64,000 bases of DNA from Dehalococcoidia bacterium (GTDB taxonomy: Bacteria; Chloroflexota; Dehalococcoidia; GIF9; AB-539-J10), in assembly GCA_046497565.1 (NCBI GenBank), contig JAWOFK010000060.1:956-64955 (forward strand), read 5' to 3'. This document shows, one piece after another, positions 38,668-48,728 of this stretch (its first letter is position 1; each line of letters begins with the position of its first letter). A model generated the notes under the pieces. It made no database searches. It worked only from the letters and a program-made list of their open reading frames with translations, and was not told the origin of the DNA. The translations under genes and the position numbers were made by a program.

Positions 38668-40581
38668 TCAAGCATCGGCGGCTACAGGGATAGGCCTGTC
38701 AGGGATATCCAGGACCTTCCCGGTAGCCTTGACCACAGCGCTGAACTTGGACGGGCAGACGTCCAGGCAGGTTCCGCACTTGATGCACTTGTCCTGGTCA
38801 ATGACATGAACCATGCGCTTGCCGCCCTCTATCGCCTGCACCGGGCAGTTCCTGGCACAAATCATGCATCCCTCACATTTGTCGGGAAGGATGTAGTAAG
38901 AAACAAGAGCCGGGCAATACAGCGCCGCGCAGCGTTTGTCAACTATGTGCTCTTCGTACTCGTCCCTGAAGTAGCGAATGCTGGTAAGTACCGGATTGGG
39001 AGCTGTCTGCCCCAGTCCGCACAGTGAATCATCCTTGACCGATTCAGCCAGCTCCTGAAGCAATTCAACGTCCCCGGGCCTGCCCCTGCCATTAGTTATG
39101 TCATCCAGTATGTCGAGCATCTGTTTGGTACCCCAGCGGCATGGTATGCACTTGCCGCAGGATTCGGCCTGGGTAAAGGTGAGGAAAAATCTTGTAATAT
39201 CAACCATACAGGTATCCTCGTCCGTCACCACCATCCCTCCCGAACCCATAATGGCCCCCGCCTGAGCCAGAGATTCGTAATCAACCGGCAGGTCTATCAG
39301 ACTCTCTGGAATGAAACCACCTGATGGGCCGCCCGTCTGCACCGCCTTGAGGCGTTTGCCTTCGGGAATGCCTCCACCTATATCATATACGATCTCACGC
39401 AGGGTAATTCCCATGGGGACCTCTATAAGCCCGGTGCGGACAATCTTGCCTGCCAGAGAAAAGTTCTTGGTGCCCTTGCTCTTCTCCGTACCATAGCCGG
39501 CATACCATTCGGCACCTTTCATGAGAATCGCCGAGACATTGCTCCAGGTCTCCACATTATTGATATTGGTCGGCTTTCCCCACAAGCCGGACTGCGCGGG
39601 AAACGGCGGTCGGGAGCGAGGCATCCCCCGGCTGCCTTCGATGGAGGCCATTAGCGCAGTCTCCTCGCCGCAGACAAAAGCACCTGCCCCTTCCTTTATC
39701 TTAATATGAAAATCGAAACCGGAGCCCATTATGTTTTCACCTAACAGTCCACGTTCCCTCATCTGCTTAAGGGCAATCTTCAATCTCTCGATGGCCAGCG
39801 GGTATTCCGCCCGGATGTAGATATAACCCTCCGACGCGCCGATAGCATAGGCGCCGATAAGCATCCCTTCCATTACCGCGTGGGGGTCGCCTTCAAGGAG
39901 TGCCCTGTCCATAAATGCCCCCGGGTCTCCTTCGTCGGCATTACATATTATGTATTTGATATCGCCCGGAGCATCGCGACAGAACTGCCACTTGACTCCG
40001 GTGGGAAACCCGGCACCTCCACGACCTCTCAGCCCCGATTTCCTGACCTCATCGAGCACTTCTTGAGAACTCATTTTCAGCGCCTTGGCCAAGCCCCCAT
40101 AACCACCATTAGCAACATAATGGTCGATATTCTCCGGATCGATATTTCCGCAATTGCGCAAGGAGATACGCACCTGCGGCTTGAGCACCGGCAGGTCAAA
40201 GAGCCCGGGAATGCCCGCCAGAGTCCCTTCACCACGAGTGCCGAGAGCTAAGTCAGGGCGAGGATTGCCGTTAACTAAGTAATCCTTAATAAGCTCATGC
40301 ACAAGCTCAGGGGTGAGATTGCCATAGAAGACACCAGGCATGCCTGGCTTCACAACCTCGATCAAGGGCTCAGCGTAGCAGAGTCCGATACAACCGACCT
40401 GAAGAATTTCAGCTTCCACATGCTGCTCTGCTAAGCCCCGGTTCAGAGCATCGAGCACATCCTCGGCGCCTGCCGCCCGCCCACAGGTGCCCATGCCGAT
40501 CAAAATACGGACCTTCTCGCTTTGCTGCATTGCTTTCCACTGAAGTACGGCCTGGCTCTTGATTTCTTCAAAACTCATCAC
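38668..40581 (-). CDS. NuoF/HydB-type flavoprotein, module 1 (thioredoxin-like 2Fe-2S N-domain, FMN/NAD site, two C-terminal 4Fe-4S)
   Basis: 637 aa with GLRGRGGAGFPTGVKW, GAGAFVCGEETAL, PPFPAQSGLWGKPT, ESCGKCIPCR and two canonical CxxCxxCxxxCP motifs. Confidence 0.9.
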   Translation of the reverse strand: MMSFEEIKSQAVLQWKAMQQSEKVRILIGMGTCGRAAGAEDVLDALNRGLAEQHVEAEILQVGCIGLCYAEPLIEVVKPGMPGVFYGNLTPELVHELIKDYLVNGNPRPDLALGTRGEGTLAGIPGLFDLPVLKPQVRISLRNCGNIDPENIDHYVANGGYGGLAKALKMSSQEVLDEVRKSGLRGRGGAGFPTGVKWQFCRDAPGDIKYIICNADEGDPGAFMDRALLEGDPHAVMEGMLIGAYAIGASEGYIYIRAEYPLAIERLKIALKQMRERGLLGENIMGSGFDFHIKIKEGAGAFVCGEETALMASIEGSRGMPRSRPPFPAQSGLWGKPTNINNVETWSNVSAILMKGAEWYAGYGTEKSKGTKNFSLAGKIVRTGLIEVPMGITLREIVYDIGGGIPEGKRLKAVQTGGPSGGFIPESLIDLPVDYESLAQAGAIMGSGGMVVTDEDTCMVDITRFFLTFTQAESCGKCIPCRWGTKQMLDILDDITNGRGRPGDVELLQELAESVKDDSLCGLGQTAPNPVLTSIRYFRDEYEEHIVDKRCAALYCPALVSYYILPDKCEGCMICARNCPVQAIEGGKRMVHVIDQDKCIKCGTCLDVCPSKFSAVVKATGKVLDIPDRPIPVAADA

Positions 40582-41090
40582 TGCGCCTCCTTGTTCAGTA
40601 TCTCCCCCATCCTGGAGCCTGTCACCCTCCCATACACCTTATCGTTGCTAACCACAACCGGCGCCAGTGCGCACGAACCAAAGCAGGCGATCGTTTCCAG
40701 CGAATATTCCAGGTCCGCTGTGGTTTCACCTGCTCTAATACCTAATTGTTTTTCTATATCGGCAAGGATTTGCGCACTACCACGCACATGACAGGCAGTG
40801 CCCCGGCACACCTTAACGATATTTCTCCCTGTCGGAAGAAGCTTGAACTGGACATAGAATGTGCCAACCCCGAACACGGTGCTTTCCGGCAGCTTGAGGA
40901 ATTTGGCTATCTTTTTCATGGCCGGCTCCGGCAGGTAGCCAAAAACCTGCTGCACTTGCTGTAAGATAGGAATAAGGTCCTCCTTCTTGCCCTGATAGGA
41001 GGATAGAATCTCATTCAGGCGTTCTGCAACCATCGCGCTCTGCTCTGTTACAAGCACCGGAGCGCCTTGCACATGTGAAGGACTTATCAT
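40578..41090 (-). CDS. NuoE/HydC-type [2Fe-2S] subunit, module 1
   Basis: 170 aa with VCRGTACHVRG and ACFGSCALAP. It overlaps the NuoF-like start by 4 nt. Confidence 0.9.
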   Translation of the reverse strand: MISPSHVQGAPVLVTEQSAMVAERLNEILSSYQGKKEDLIPILQQVQQVFGYLPEPAMKKIAKFLKLPESTVFGVGTFYVQFKLLPTGRNIVKVCRGTACHVRGSAQILADIEKQLGIRAGETTADLEYSLETIACFGSCALAPVVVSNDKVYGRVTGSRMGEILNKEAQ

Positions 41091-41105
41091 TTTGCACCTC
41101 GCTAT

Positions 41106-41414
41106 TCACCATTTTTCTTGAGACAGCCGACACCACAGCCAGGTAGCCAGTTCTTTGTCCAGCTTGCCGACCCAGGATTCTATTTTCCTGATGTCACCAC
41201 TGGCTAAGGCAGCTCTCTCCTCGCCGGTCAAAGAGTAATACTCCTTGAGAGCCTCATGAGGGTTCTCCGCTAATCGCGCCAGGAATTCTGACTCTTGAGC
41301 CGCTCTCTTCAGAACAGCCAGCAATTCCTCTCTCGCCGGCACAACCTGTCCCTCCACCTTTTCTTTTGTTACTGGAAGCCGCGTAGCCATTTTCATCCCT
41401 CCTTTCTTTTTCAT
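41106..41414 (-). CDS. Small helical protein (102 aa) homologous to the FdhA-1 C-terminal extension; LigA/NHLP-like pattern
   Basis: LLAVLKRAAQESEFLARLAENPHEALKEYYSLTGEERAALASGDIRKIESWVGKLDKELATWLWCRLSQEKW aligns with the tail of the 987-aa FdhA. It is the first gene of the operon, 15 nt upstream of nuoE-like. Confidence 0.6.
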   Translation of the reverse strand: MKKKGGMKMATRLPVTKEKVEGQVVPAREELLAVLKRAAQESEFLARLAENPHEALKEYYSLTGEERAALASGDIRKIESWVGKLDKELATWLWCRLSQEKW

Positions 41415-41557
41415 CGCACAATAAGTCTATCAATTGCCTGTTTGCCTGCCATCGTCCGCAAGTCACAATCTGCAATAGCACTTTGGTTATGCCCAAATAG
41501 GCAGTCGGCTTGCCCTAAGGTACATATGGGCTTATAATTGCCTCGGGACCTGAAAAA

Positions 41558-42241
41558 TTGAGAGCTCGAGACAAGTTGACGGTGCTGATTGCTGACGACC
41601 ATCCTCTGGTGCGTGAAGCGCTGCATCAAGCACTGGACAATGAGGAGGACATGGAAGTTGTGGCTGAGGCCGGTGACGGCGAGGAAGCAGTCAGACTGGC
41701 CTCGGAGTTAAGACCTGATGTGGCGGTGATGGACATCGTTATGCCCGGGCTCAATGGAATTGAAGCCACCAGAAAGATTAAAGAGATTGCTCCTGACATA
41801 GCCATTCTAATCCTTACTGCCTATGATGATGACCAGTATGTACTGGGGTTGCTCGATGCCGGAGCTGCCGGCTATCTTCTGAAAAGCGCCAGGGGGCGTG
41901 ATCTGGCAGGAGCCATTCGAGCCATAAAATCAGGTGAATCGGTGCTACACCCCAAGATTATCGCCAGGCTATTGAAGCGGGCTACCGTAGCACCGGTTGG
42001 CGAGCACAAAGCGTCGGAACTGCTCAGTGAGCGGGAATCACAGATACTGAAGTTAGTCACCTCAGGAATGAACAACAAAGAGATAGCCGAAAAATTGTTT
42101 CTCAGCCAGCGCACCATCAAAGCTCACCTGACTAATATCTTCAACAAATTGAATGTTGCTTCACGCAGCGAGGCAATAGTCAAGGGATTACAATGGGGAT
42201 TAGTCACCTTAGAGAATACCGAGGACAACTTCCAGGGTTAA
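41558..42241 (+). CDS. NarL/LuxR-family response regulator
   Basis: 227 aa with the receiver domain VLIADDHPLVRE..DVAVMDIVMPGLNG and a C-terminal LuxR HTH (LSERESQILKLV..NKEIAEKLFLSQRTIKAHL). The non-ATG start is uncertain. Confidence 0.85.
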   Translation: MRARDKLTVLIADDHPLVREALHQALDNEEDMEVVAEAGDGEEAVRLASELRPDVAVMDIVMPGLNGIEATRKIKEIAPDIAILILTAYDDDQYVLGLLDAGAAGYLLKSARGRDLAGAIRAIKSGESVLHPKIIARLLKRATVAPVGEHKASELLSERESQILKLVTSGMNNKEIAEKLFLSQRTIKAHLTNIFNKLNVASRSEAIVKGLQWGLVTLENTEDNFQG

Positions 42242-43680
42242 GCAACCCACACCTCTGGATCATAATCGTCCTATTCGTTCTCCTCACGATATCTCATCTC
42301 ACCCAGTTGCTGCTTCAAATACCCGTCCTGGGCGACATCTCGATACCTGGAACTCTGGAACTTTCTCGACACAGTTTGGAGCGACTTCTTTATCTCTTGT
42401 TGTTGTTATATGCGGGCTGGACACTGGGGATAATCGGGGGAGGCGCACTCTGGCTATCAAGTGCTGTGGCAATGCTGCTCCGCACCTTTTCGATTTCCCC
42501 CCATTTCCAGGATGCTTTGCTGGAAAGTCTCGCCAGTCTTGTCATCGGCGCTTTGGCCATGACACTGGTGGCAGCCTACCATCACAACAGACGGCAACAG
42601 GGGGCACTGGAGAAGGCTGTCAGGGACTTAGAACTGGCGCGGCAACAATATGAAGACTTGTTTGCCAACGCCAGCGATGCCGTCTGGGTCCACGATATGG
42701 AGGGCAACATCATTCTGGCTAACAAAGCCTGTGAGAAGCTCACCGGCTACTCGATTCCGGAACTGACCGGCCAGAATGTCAGCCAGTTTATTCCTGCGGA
42801 GACACTGCCTTTGTTGAAACAGGTGAGAGATAGACTGTTGAAAGGCGAAGCTATGGAACACCGCTATGAACACCGATTAACCAGGAAGGACGGTTCTGAA
42901 GCAATCGTACAACTGGCCAGCCGTCTCATTGTTAGCGATGGCAAGCCCCAGGCTTTTCAGCATCTGGCCCGCGATATAACCGAGCAGAGAAGATTACGGG
43001 ATAACCTGCAATTCTACCTCAGGCAGGTGCTACAAGCCCAGGAAGAAGAGCGCAAACGTCTTGCCCGCGAACTGCATGACGATACATCTCAACAAATACT
43101 GCTCCTGACCCATGGCGTAGACAACCTCGCCGCTAAAGCCGAAAGCTATTTGCCTCAAGAGCTAAGAAATGGGCTGGGAAAACTATATGAACTGTCCGAG
43201 CAGACCTACCAGGACGTTAAACGCTATGCTCAGGCGTTGAGACCTCGCATCCTGGACGACCTGGGGCTGGTGCCGGCCATCAAATGGCTGGCCGAGGAAA
43301 TACACAACTTAGGTGGAATCAAAATTGAGGTCAAAACTGATACAATTCCGCCGCTCGCCCCGGAAACACAACTGGTCTTGTTCCGTATCGTTCAGGAAGC
43401 CTTGAATAATGTCCACCGGCATTCCGGAGCATCTGAAGCCAGCATTAATGTAGAGTTCCAGGGAAATGAGATCAGGGTAACCATTACCGATAACGGCAAG
43501 GGCTTCAATCTTCCGCAGCAGCTAAGTGATTTTGCCGGTCGAGGCAAGCTGGGGCTGACCGGGATGGCAGAACGAGCCCGCTTGATAGGCGGGGAACTTG
43601 AAGTCAATTCCCAGATAGGAAAGGGAACCAAACTAACAGTGAGAGCGCCGATGGTGCCTCACAATCAAATCAACCTCTAG
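42193..43680 (+). CDS. Membrane sensor histidine kinase (PAS, HisKA_3, HATPase)
   Basis: 495 aa with N-terminal TM helices, a PAS segment, the H-box ERKRLARELHDDTSQ and an ATPase domain. It overlaps the regulator gene by 49 nt, so the start is uncertain. Confidence 0.8.
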   Translation: MGISHLREYRGQLPGLSNPHLWIIIVLFVLLTISHLTQLLLQIPVLGDISIPGTLELSRHSLERLLYLLLLLYAGWTLGIIGGGALWLSSAVAMLLRTFSISPHFQDALLESLASLVIGALAMTLVAAYHHNRRQQGALEKAVRDLELARQQYEDLFANASDAVWVHDMEGNIILANKACEKLTGYSIPELTGQNVSQFIPAETLPLLKQVRDRLLKGEAMEHRYEHRLTRKDGSEAIVQLASRLIVSDGKPQAFQHLARDITEQRRLRDNLQFYLRQVLQAQEEERKRLARELHDDTSQQILLLTHGVDNLAAKAESYLPQELRNGLGKLYELSEQTYQDVKRYAQALRPRILDDLGLVPAIKWLAEEIHNLGGIKIEVKTDTIPPLAPETQLVLFRIVQEALNNVHRHSGASEASINVEFQGNEIRVTITDNGKGFNLPQQLSDFAGRGKLGLTGMAERARLIGGELEVNSQIGKGTKLTVRAPMVPHNQINL

Positions 43681-43724
43681 AGCATGCCGGGGGCGTGCCG
43701 GGGGTTATTTGCCTTTCAGAGTGT

Positions 43725-46400
43725 TTACACCCTCTCCACTTTCACTGCCGCGACTTTGAGTTCGGGGATCTTGGCTACCGGGTCGAGCTTGGGATTGGTG
43801 AGGATGTTGGCAGCACTTTCAGCGAAATGGAAGGTCATGAACACCACCCCTGAGGGCAATGCCCTGGTTACTTCGGCCTTAGCGATGACTTCACCGCGGC
43901 GGGAACTAATCTTAACCCTGTCACCCTGAGCTATACCGAGCTGCGAAGCATCCTGGGGGCTGATTTCCACCACACCTTCAGGCTCTATGATATTAAGCCC
44001 GGCTACTTTGCGAGTCATCGTACCGGTGTGGAAATGGTACAGGCTGCGCCCCGTCGTGAGAACCAAGGGATAGTCCTCATCCGGCATCTCCCCCGGAGGC
44101 ATATATTTGAGCGGCACGAATCGGCCTTTTCCCCTGACAAAAATACTCGTGTGCAATATCGGTGTGCCGGGATGGTCATCAACAGGGCAAGGCCACTGGA
44201 GGCCTCCGTTCTCCAACCTCTGGTAGCTAATGCCGCCGTAGCTGGGAGCGAGAGTGCGGATTTCCTCCATTATGTCAAAGGGATGGCTGTAACCAAAGCC
44301 TTTGGCCCCTAGCCTCTGGGCTACCTGACAGATAATCCACCAATCGGGCCTGGAATCGCCGATGGGCTTGATAGCTTTCCGCACTCGCTGCACCCGGCGC
44401 TCTGTATTGGTAAAGGTGCCGTCCTTCTCAACAAAGCTGGCCGCCGGCAGGACAACATGGGCAAACTCTGCCGTCTCGGAAAGGAACATGTCCTGGACGA
44501 CAAGAAACTCCAGTGTCGCCAACGCCTCCCGAACATGTTGGACGTCAGGGTCACTTAATGCCGGGTTCTCACCGACCAGATATAACGACTTCACGTCTTT
44601 GCGGTGGACGGCTTCAACCATTTCGACCAGGGTCAGCCCTGGTGACGGGGACAGGGAACGGCCCCAGGCGGCCTCGAACTTCTGTCTGATAGCGGGATCG
44701 CTCACTGCCTGATAGGCCGGGTAGACGTTAGGCAAGGCACCCATATCGCAGGCGCCCTGCACATTGTTCTGCCCTCTCAGCGGGTTGACCCCGGTGGAAG
44801 GCTTGCCTATGTTCCCGGTGAGCATTGCCAGGTTGGCAGTAGCCAGCACATTGTCGGTGCCATGGGAATGCTGGGTAATACCCATGGAATAGAGGATGGT
44901 AGCGGGACTGGTGCTGGCAAACATGCGGGCAGCTTCTGCTACCTTGTCTTTGGGCACGCTGGTGACCTGCTCTACAAAATCAAGGTCAAAACCCTTCAAC
45001 GATTCTTTGAACGTATCGAATTCCTCACACCTTTCCTTGATAAAGGCCGAGTCCAACAGTTCCTCTTCCACAATAACCCGCATCATCCCCATGAGCAGGG
45101 CAACATCTGTGCCGGGCTTATGCCGGAGCCAGAGACTGGCAAAGCGGCAGAGGTCGATCTCGCGGGGGTTAGCTACGATGAGCTTCCCTCCATTATTTAC
45201 TGCCCTTTTCACCTCAAGCCCGATTATAGGATGTGCTTCCGTGGTATTGGTGCCAATAGCAAGAATACAGGCAGCGTCGCCGATTTCGCTGATGGAATTG
45301 GTCATGGCTCCGCTACCGAAGCTTTGCGCCAGGCCAGCCACAGTAGGGGCATGACACAGCCGGGCGCAGTGGTCAACATTGTTGGTGCCCAGCACTGCTC
45401 GAGCGAACTTCTGTATGACATAGCTCTCTTCATTGGTGCACTTGGCTGAGGCGATGACGCACACTTCATCTGGTTTGTAACCTTTCAACCGGCTGGCTAC
45501 TAAGTCCAGCGCTTCGTCCCAGGAAGCCTCTTCCAATTCCCCATTTCTTCTTATCAGTGGAGTGGTCAACCTCTCGGGGTGATGGACAAAATCGGCAATG
45601 CCGAAGCGACCCTTGACACATAGTCTGCCTTTGCTGGCCGCGCTATCCACATCGCCCTGCACTCCAACGATAGTATTTCCCCGAACGCCCAGCTCAATAC
45701 CACAACCACACCCGCAGTAACAGCAGATACTTGGCACTTCACGCGCCGGTCTCTGTGTAGTTTTGGGAATCAATGCGCCCACGGGACACCTGACGACACA
45801 TTCTCCACAGGACACACAATCAGATTCCAGGATGGGCTTGTCCTTCATAGCGCTGACTTTGGTATCATGCCCGCGAAAGGCGAAGTCAATGGCGTTTACC
45901 CCCTGGATTTCATCACAAGTTTGGATGCAGATACCACAGAGGATGCATTTGTTCAGGTCACGGCTGAAAAAAGGATTTGAGTCATCAACGGGAAGGTTTC
46001 TGGTCGTTCGTTTCAGCCGCTCGAGGCGTCCTTCATCAATGCCGATGTAGGCAGCAATTTCCTGGAGTTTGCAATCGGTATTCCTGGCACATTCAAGACA
46101 CCTGACATCGTGGTCTGCAATGAGCAGTTCCGCAGCAATACGGCGCACTTTGTCGATCTCAGGGCTTTCCGTTATCACAACCATCCCCTCCTCAACGGGC
46201 ACCTTGCATGAAATGGTGAGGCCTCTTCCTTCTATTTCAACCATGCATAACCGGCATGCCCCGAGGGATTTCACCTCCGGGTGATAGCAGAGATGGGGGA
46301 TATAAATGCCATTGTCAAGGGCTGCCTGGAGTATAGTATCTCCCCTGTGTGCCTTAATCTTTGAGCCGTCAATCGCAAGCGTTATCTCGTCAATCATCAT
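43725..46400 (-). CDS. fdhA: Formate dehydrogenase alpha subunit, copy 2 (Cys-type, no C-terminal extension)
   Basis: The ORF is open to 46490, but the ATG at 46400 (MMIDEITLAIDG) overlaps the NuoF-2 stop as ATGA. The active-site segment is ARLCHAPTV and the protein ends ..PELKVAAVKVERV. Confidence 0.9.
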   Translation of the reverse strand: MMIDEITLAIDGSKIKAHRGDTILQAALDNGIYIPHLCYHPEVKSLGACRLCMVEIEGRGLTISCKVPVEEGMVVITESPEIDKVRRIAAELLIADHDVRCLECARNTDCKLQEIAAYIGIDEGRLERLKRTTRNLPVDDSNPFFSRDLNKCILCGICIQTCDEIQGVNAIDFAFRGHDTKVSAMKDKPILESDCVSCGECVVRCPVGALIPKTTQRPAREVPSICCYCGCGCGIELGVRGNTIVGVQGDVDSAASKGRLCVKGRFGIADFVHHPERLTTPLIRRNGELEEASWDEALDLVASRLKGYKPDEVCVIASAKCTNEESYVIQKFARAVLGTNNVDHCARLCHAPTVAGLAQSFGSGAMTNSISEIGDAACILAIGTNTTEAHPIIGLEVKRAVNNGGKLIVANPREIDLCRFASLWLRHKPGTDVALLMGMMRVIVEEELLDSAFIKERCEEFDTFKESLKGFDLDFVEQVTSVPKDKVAEAARMFASTSPATILYSMGITQHSHGTDNVLATANLAMLTGNIGKPSTGVNPLRGQNNVQGACDMGALPNVYPAYQAVSDPAIRQKFEAAWGRSLSPSPGLTLVEMVEAVHRKDVKSLYLVGENPALSDPDVQHVREALATLEFLVVQDMFLSETAEFAHVVLPAASFVEKDGTFTNTERRVQRVRKAIKPIGDSRPDWWIICQVAQRLGAKGFGYSHPFDIMEEIRTLAPSYGGISYQRLENGGLQWPCPVDDHPGTPILHTSIFVRGKGRFVPLKYMPPGEMPDEDYPLVLTTGRSLYHFHTGTMTRKVAGLNIIEPEGVVEISPQDASQLGIAQGDRVKISSRRGEVIAKAEVTRALPSGVVFMTFHFAESAANILTNPKLDPVAKIPELKVAAVKVERV

Positions 46401-48223
46401 TCGCCTCCGTTCGTTAGTCTCCCTGGAATACACTCCACCGCACTGAAACGCTCCGGACATACGCTCATACATACGCCACAGCGGATACACTTGCTCTGAT
46501 CAATAACGTGGACCTGTTTTTTGGCGCCCTGTATGGCCCCGGCGGGGCACTCTCTCAGACATATCATGCAGGCCATGCACTTGTCCGGCAAGATACGATA
46601 GGAGATGAGCTCCTTGCACACACGGGCCGGGCATTTCTTGTCATGGATATGAGCCTCGTATTCATCACGAAAATAGCGGATGGTGGTGAGCACAGGGTTG
46701 GGAGCAGTGCGACCCAGACCGCAAAGTGAGCCTTTCTTGATCGCTTCACCTAACTCTATAAGCAGGTCAATATCATCCGGCTTACCCTCCCCCGCAGTAA
46801 TAGCCCTGAGGATTTCCAGCATCTGCAGGGTTCCTATCCTGCACAAAGAACACTCGCCGCAGGACTCTTTCTGAGTAAAGTCCAGGAAGTAACGCGCTAC
46901 ATCAACCATGCAGGTGTCTTCATCCAGTACCACCATGCCTCCGGAGCCCATGATGGAACCCGCTGCGGCCAGCGAATCGAAATCAACCGGCGTATCAAGC
47001 AAACTTGCCGGGAGACACCCTCCCGAAGGACCGCCGGTCTGCACCGCTTTGAACGCCTTGCCTCCGGGAATTCCTCCACCGATCTCGTAAATAATCTGGC
47101 GCAGGGTCGTCCCCATAGGCACCTCTACCAGGCCGCAGTTGGCCACCTTGCCGGTCACCGAAAAAATAGCGGTGCCCTTGCACTTCTCGACACCCCGGCT
47201 GGCGAACCAATCAGCTCCGTGCGTGATAATCCAACGAATGTTAGCATAGCTCTTCACATTGTTAAGTAAGGTTGGTTTTCCCCACAGGCCTGAGATTGCC
47301 GGGAAGGGAGGACGGAAACTCGGCATTCCCCTCTTACCTTCAATGGAAGCTATCAAAGCTGTTTCTTCGCCGCACACAAAAGCCCCGGCACCCTGAAAAA
47401 TATTTATGTCGAAATTAAACCCGCTGCCCAGGATATTCTTGGCCAGAAATCCTCTTTCTCTCGCCTGCGCAATGGCAACCTGCAGCCGGTGCACTGCCAG
47501 TGGATACTCTGCCCGTACATAGATATAGCCTGCTTCTGCGCCAATGGCATAGCCGGCTATGACCATACCCTCCAAAACTGAGTGGGGGTCCGCTTCCAGA
47601 GTGGACCGGTCCTGGAAGGCTCCCGGGTCACCTTCATCGGCATTGCAAACAACATACTTGGGCTTGCCAGACGCCTGGTGGCAAAACTCCCACTTCCGGC
47701 CGGTGGGGAACCCGGCACCACCAAGCCCCCTTAGCCCGGAACGTTTCACCTCACCAATAATCTGTGCTGGAGTAAGCTCCAGGACAGCCTTGCGCAATCC
47801 CTGATAGCCATCAACCGCCAGGTAATCATCGATGCTCTCGGGATTGATTTTGCCACAGTTCTTGAGCACCGTGCGTTGTTGTTTACTATAGAACGGAATA
47901 TCATGGTAGTACGGTATGGCCTCATCGGTAACAGGGTTGCGGTACAGAAGGCGTGTTATAACCTGCCCCCCCGGTAACAGTGATTGAGCGATTTCCGGTG
48001 CATCGTCCGGTTCAACCCTGGTGTAGAAAACGCCTTCCGGCTCAACAACAACGAGGGGCCCTTGCTGGCAGAAGCCATGACAGCCGGTGTGCTTCAGTTC
48101 AACACTGCCACCCAGACCCAGCTTACCTATCTCTCGCTCTAACGAAGAGTAGATTTGTTCCGCCCCTGCTGAGACACAACCGGTCCCCTGACAAACGAAA
48201 ATAGTGCACTGTCTACTGGACAT
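46397..48223 (-). CDS. NuoF/HydB-type flavoprotein, module 2
   Basis: 608 aa with GLRGLGGAGFPTGRKW, GAGAFVCGEETAL, PPFPAISGLWGKPT, ESCGECSLCR and two canonical ferredoxin motifs. Confidence 0.9.
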   Translation of the reverse strand: MSSRQCTIFVCQGTGCVSAGAEQIYSSLEREIGKLGLGGSVELKHTGCHGFCQQGPLVVVEPEGVFYTRVEPDDAPEIAQSLLPGGQVITRLLYRNPVTDEAIPYYHDIPFYSKQQRTVLKNCGKINPESIDDYLAVDGYQGLRKAVLELTPAQIIGEVKRSGLRGLGGAGFPTGRKWEFCHQASGKPKYVVCNADEGDPGAFQDRSTLEADPHSVLEGMVIAGYAIGAEAGYIYVRAEYPLAVHRLQVAIAQARERGFLAKNILGSGFNFDINIFQGAGAFVCGEETALIASIEGKRGMPSFRPPFPAISGLWGKPTLLNNVKSYANIRWIITHGADWFASRGVEKCKGTAIFSVTGKVANCGLVEVPMGTTLRQIIYEIGGGIPGGKAFKAVQTGGPSGGCLPASLLDTPVDFDSLAAAGSIMGSGGMVVLDEDTCMVDVARYFLDFTQKESCGECSLCRIGTLQMLEILRAITAGEGKPDDIDLLIELGEAIKKGSLCGLGRTAPNPVLTTIRYFRDEYEAHIHDKKCPARVCKELISYRILPDKCMACMICLRECPAGAIQGAKKQVHVIDQSKCIRCGVCMSVCPERFSAVECIPGRLTNGGE

Positions 48224-48689
48224 CCTGCCCTCCTTTGTCTGTACCCTTGACCGAGAAAAGCTTTCTTGCCTTCTCCGGCGTCAACCGACCATGGACATCC
48301 TCATTGATCTTCAGGCAAGGGGCTAATGCACAGCAACCGATACACGCTACTGTTTCCAGGGAGTATTCTAAATCAGGAGTGGTTTCTCCCACCTCTATCC
48401 CCAGTTGCCTTTTCAATTCCTCAACGATGGCGGGCGCATTCTGCACGTGGCAGGCAGTCCCCCGGCAAACGGTGACCTGGTTTCTGCCCGGCGGACTGAA
48501 ACGAAACTGGTTGTAAAAAGATGCCACGCCGAAGATATTGCTCTCCGCCACGTTGGTAAAGTCAGCGACCTCGGCCATCGCCTCTTCGGCGAGGTAACCG
48601 AATTTCTCCTGGATTTTCTGGAGAATCGGTATCAACTCGCCCCTATTTCCTCTATATGATGATAGAATCTCGGCCAGGTGTTCTTCCAT
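48213..48689 (-). CDS. NuoE/HydC-type [2Fe-2S] subunit, module 2
   Basis: 158 aa with VCRGTACHVQN and ACIGCCALAP. Confidence 0.9.
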   Translation of the reverse strand: MEEHLAEILSSYRGNRGELIPILQKIQEKFGYLAEEAMAEVADFTNVAESNIFGVASFYNQFRFSPPGRNQVTVCRGTACHVQNAPAIVEELKRQLGIEVGETTPDLEYSLETVACIGCCALAPCLKINEDVHGRLTPEKARKLFSVKGTDKGGQDVQ

Positions 48690-48728
48690 ACTACCTCCGT
48701 TTTTCCAGTTCTCTCGGGAGCGAACAGG

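Noticed and set aside
35668-46400. Selenocysteine recoding (in-frame TGA plus SECIS) in the two formate dehydrogenase alpha subunits.
   Set aside because: Both ORFs are uninterrupted. The position equivalent to the Sec/Cys ligand reads ARLCHASTV in one and ARLCHAPTV in the other, so both are Cys-type enzymes.
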